Origin: Chiloscyllium plagiosum
Lineage: Eukaryota
DNA length: 64,000 nucleotides
Direction of reading: 5' to 3'
Assembly: GCF_004010195.1 (NCBI RefSeq)
Contig: NC_057718.1
Location: forward strand, 63,781,905 to 63,845,904
In this document: in pieces, positions 61,931-64,000 of the stretch
How the letters are laid out: every line of letters starts with the position of its first letter
Numbering within the stretch: the stretch's first letter is position 1
The notes under the pieces: model-generated
What the model was told of the DNA's origin: nothing
What the model saw: only the letters and a program-made list of their open reading frames with translations
Databases searched by the model: none
Made by a program: the position numbers and the translations under genes

Positions 61931-62824
61931 CTTAGCGCTTTTTGAGAAGATTTGTAGCTCATGTAAATGGTAAGTCTGTAAGTTAGTTCACTGAGCTTGA
62001 AGGTTTGTTTTCAGTTGTTTCGTCACCATACTAGGTAACATCATCAGTGAGAGTCTCCCGAATAGCACTGATGGTATGTCCCGCCTCTCTATTTATAGGT
62101 CTTGGTTTCTTAAGGTGGGTAATGTCATTTCAGGTTCTTTTTCTCAACAGAAGGTAGATAGGGTCTAAGTCGATATGTTTATTGATGGAGTTCTGGTTAG
62201 AATGCCATGCCTCTAAGAATTACCACATTACCTTACATCAAAGACATATCATAAATAATTTCCAGACCCCTTGGAATCATGGTAGCCCACAAACTTACCA
62301 ACACACTTAAACAGTGACTAATGAACCTAAAGGATCCATTAGATATCACCAGCAAAACTAATACCATTTACAAGATACTATACAAGGACCGTAAAAACCA
62401 CTAAATCGGACAAACTAGCAGGAAACTTGCACCAGGATACATGAACACAAACTGGCCACCAAAAGACACGACCCACTATCACTAGTTCCTATACATACAG
62501 ACAAATAAGGACACCACTTTGACTGGGACAACACACATATCCTAGGACAGGTGAAACAAAGGCACGCACAAGAATTCTGAGAGGCATGACATTCTAACCC
62601 GAGCTCCATCAATAAACACATCAGTGTAGACCCTACCTACCTTCCCTCGAAAAAGAAAAGACCTGGAAATGACATTACCCACCTTAAGAAACCAAGACCT
62701 ATAAACAGGGAGGCAAGACATACCATCAGCACTTCACCAGAAACTCTCACTGATGATGGTACCTAGTATGGTGGTGAAACATCTGAAAACAAACCTTCAA
62801 GCTCAGCGGGCTAACTTACATACT
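61931..62824. mobile_element. Penelope (Poseidon-type) GIY-YIG/pLTR fragment with an inverted arm
   Basis: TSD TAGCACACTCA at 61920-61930 and 62825-62835; the + arm encodes IYKI...IGQTSRKLAxRIHEHKLATKRHD, HHFDWDNT; hammerhead motifs at 62011-62050(-) and 62747-62786(+). Confidence 0.88.
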
Positions 62825-63379
62825 TAGCACACTCAACGGCAGAATATTGAAAGTTGAATCTATCCTACTTGCCCATGGGATCAATATAACTGCTTCAGTC
62901 TTGTGATATTCTGGGGTTACCTTGTCCTGATCAAATTTCTTTTCTCCTGGGCATCTGCTCATCACTATCTGTAAAATAAAGACTAGAATCGAGTTTGAAT
63001 ATTTTGAAGATTTTGACTATGATCCTCCTTATTGTGGCACAAGAATGATGAGAGTAATTGAATGTGTAATCTCCTGATCACTATGACAAAAGGCTTGTCT
63101 TGTACTCTTGCTTCCTGATGACTACAATGCCTTTGATGTTTTATTGGCTTTTATTGAAATATTGTCATAGTTGCTGGAACACCAAGGAAGGTGATCAGCT
63201 CACCTCCCCATCCAGCAGTGGCCATTCTGTTTTCACAATTACTCCATCAGGAATCTTAGTTTCCGCAGAATGAAAATCCCAACTTCCATGACACTTTCTC
63301 CTAGATTCGTGGAGCCAGGAATTCAGTGAAAATTCAGGCTTATGTTTGATATATTTATTTGAGTTATTCAAAGGAGTAA

Positions 63380-64000
63380 TAAGAAAGGTGTCAACGGGGA
63401 ACTATATTTGTCATCTACTCAGCTTTCCTGAAGGCATTTGCCATGGTGCTACATCAAACGATTACTACACAGAATAATAACGTTGTAAGTAACGTATGGA
63501 TCAAGATTTGGCTAGCAAACAGGAAGAAGAGGCTGGAGATAAACAATCATTTTTGAGTTGTATATTTGTTTTTAGTGATCAGAACTCAGCGCTCAGGCCT
63601 TGACTATTTACAATCGAAATATATGACATAAATGAAGGGGCCAAATTTGTGGTTGCTAAAATCACTTATGACAGAAAATAGGGTAGGCAAAAATGTGAAG
63701 CTGTCCACCTTGGCAGGAAAAATAAATATGTGGTATATTACTTAAATGAATAGATACTGCAGAACTGTGTGCAATAAAGGGATTTGGATGTAAAGTCATT
63801 GAGGCATAGACTATTATAGCACAAAAATAGGCCCTTCAGCCCATCATATCTGCTCTGGTCATCAAGCATCTATATACTCTAGTCCCATTTCCCAGCACTG
63901 GTACATCACCTTGTCTGCTATATCATTTTGTGTGTTGATCTAAATACTTAAATGTTGTAATAGTTCCCACCTTTACCACCCTTTCAGGCAGTGAGTTACA
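63380..64000. mobile_element. Decayed CR1 fragments (+ 63380-63790; - 3' end 63800-64000)
   Basis: WIKIWLANRK and KCEAVHL remnants; CR1 3' UTR on the minus strand. Confidence 0.6.

Overview
Eukaryotic genomic DNA, almost certainly from a cartilaginous fish (shark or ray): it is dense in HE1-type tRNA/V-SINEs and their CR1 partner LINEs. No intact host protein-coding gene is evident, and most ORFs in the track are transposon fragments or their antisense shadows. The window is mostly nested mobile elements: many CR1-clade and Rex1/Babar-like LINE fragments; a decayed full-length Gypsy LTR retrotransposon with both LTRs, PBS, PPT and a 5-bp TSD (6023-11223); a young near-intact Penelope-like element (RT plus GIY-YIG) spanning an assembly gap; solo LTRs; Harbinger-type Myb/SANT remnants; and a 31-bp minisatellite. 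Two things stand out. (1) There is a dense population of Penelope pseudo-LTR mini-elements carrying minimal type-I hammerhead ribozyme motifs. They sit head-to-head and each is bounded by its own 8-16 bp TSD. One (19862-20451) has a retrozyme-like layout with tandem hammerheads 402 nt apart, and another (48590-48745) folds back exactly at the ribozyme stem II. (2) A cryptic, phase-compatible chain of decayed + strand exons translates to a C2-domain-like fold, probably a pseudogene. All identifications come from reading motifs by eye; no database searches were run.
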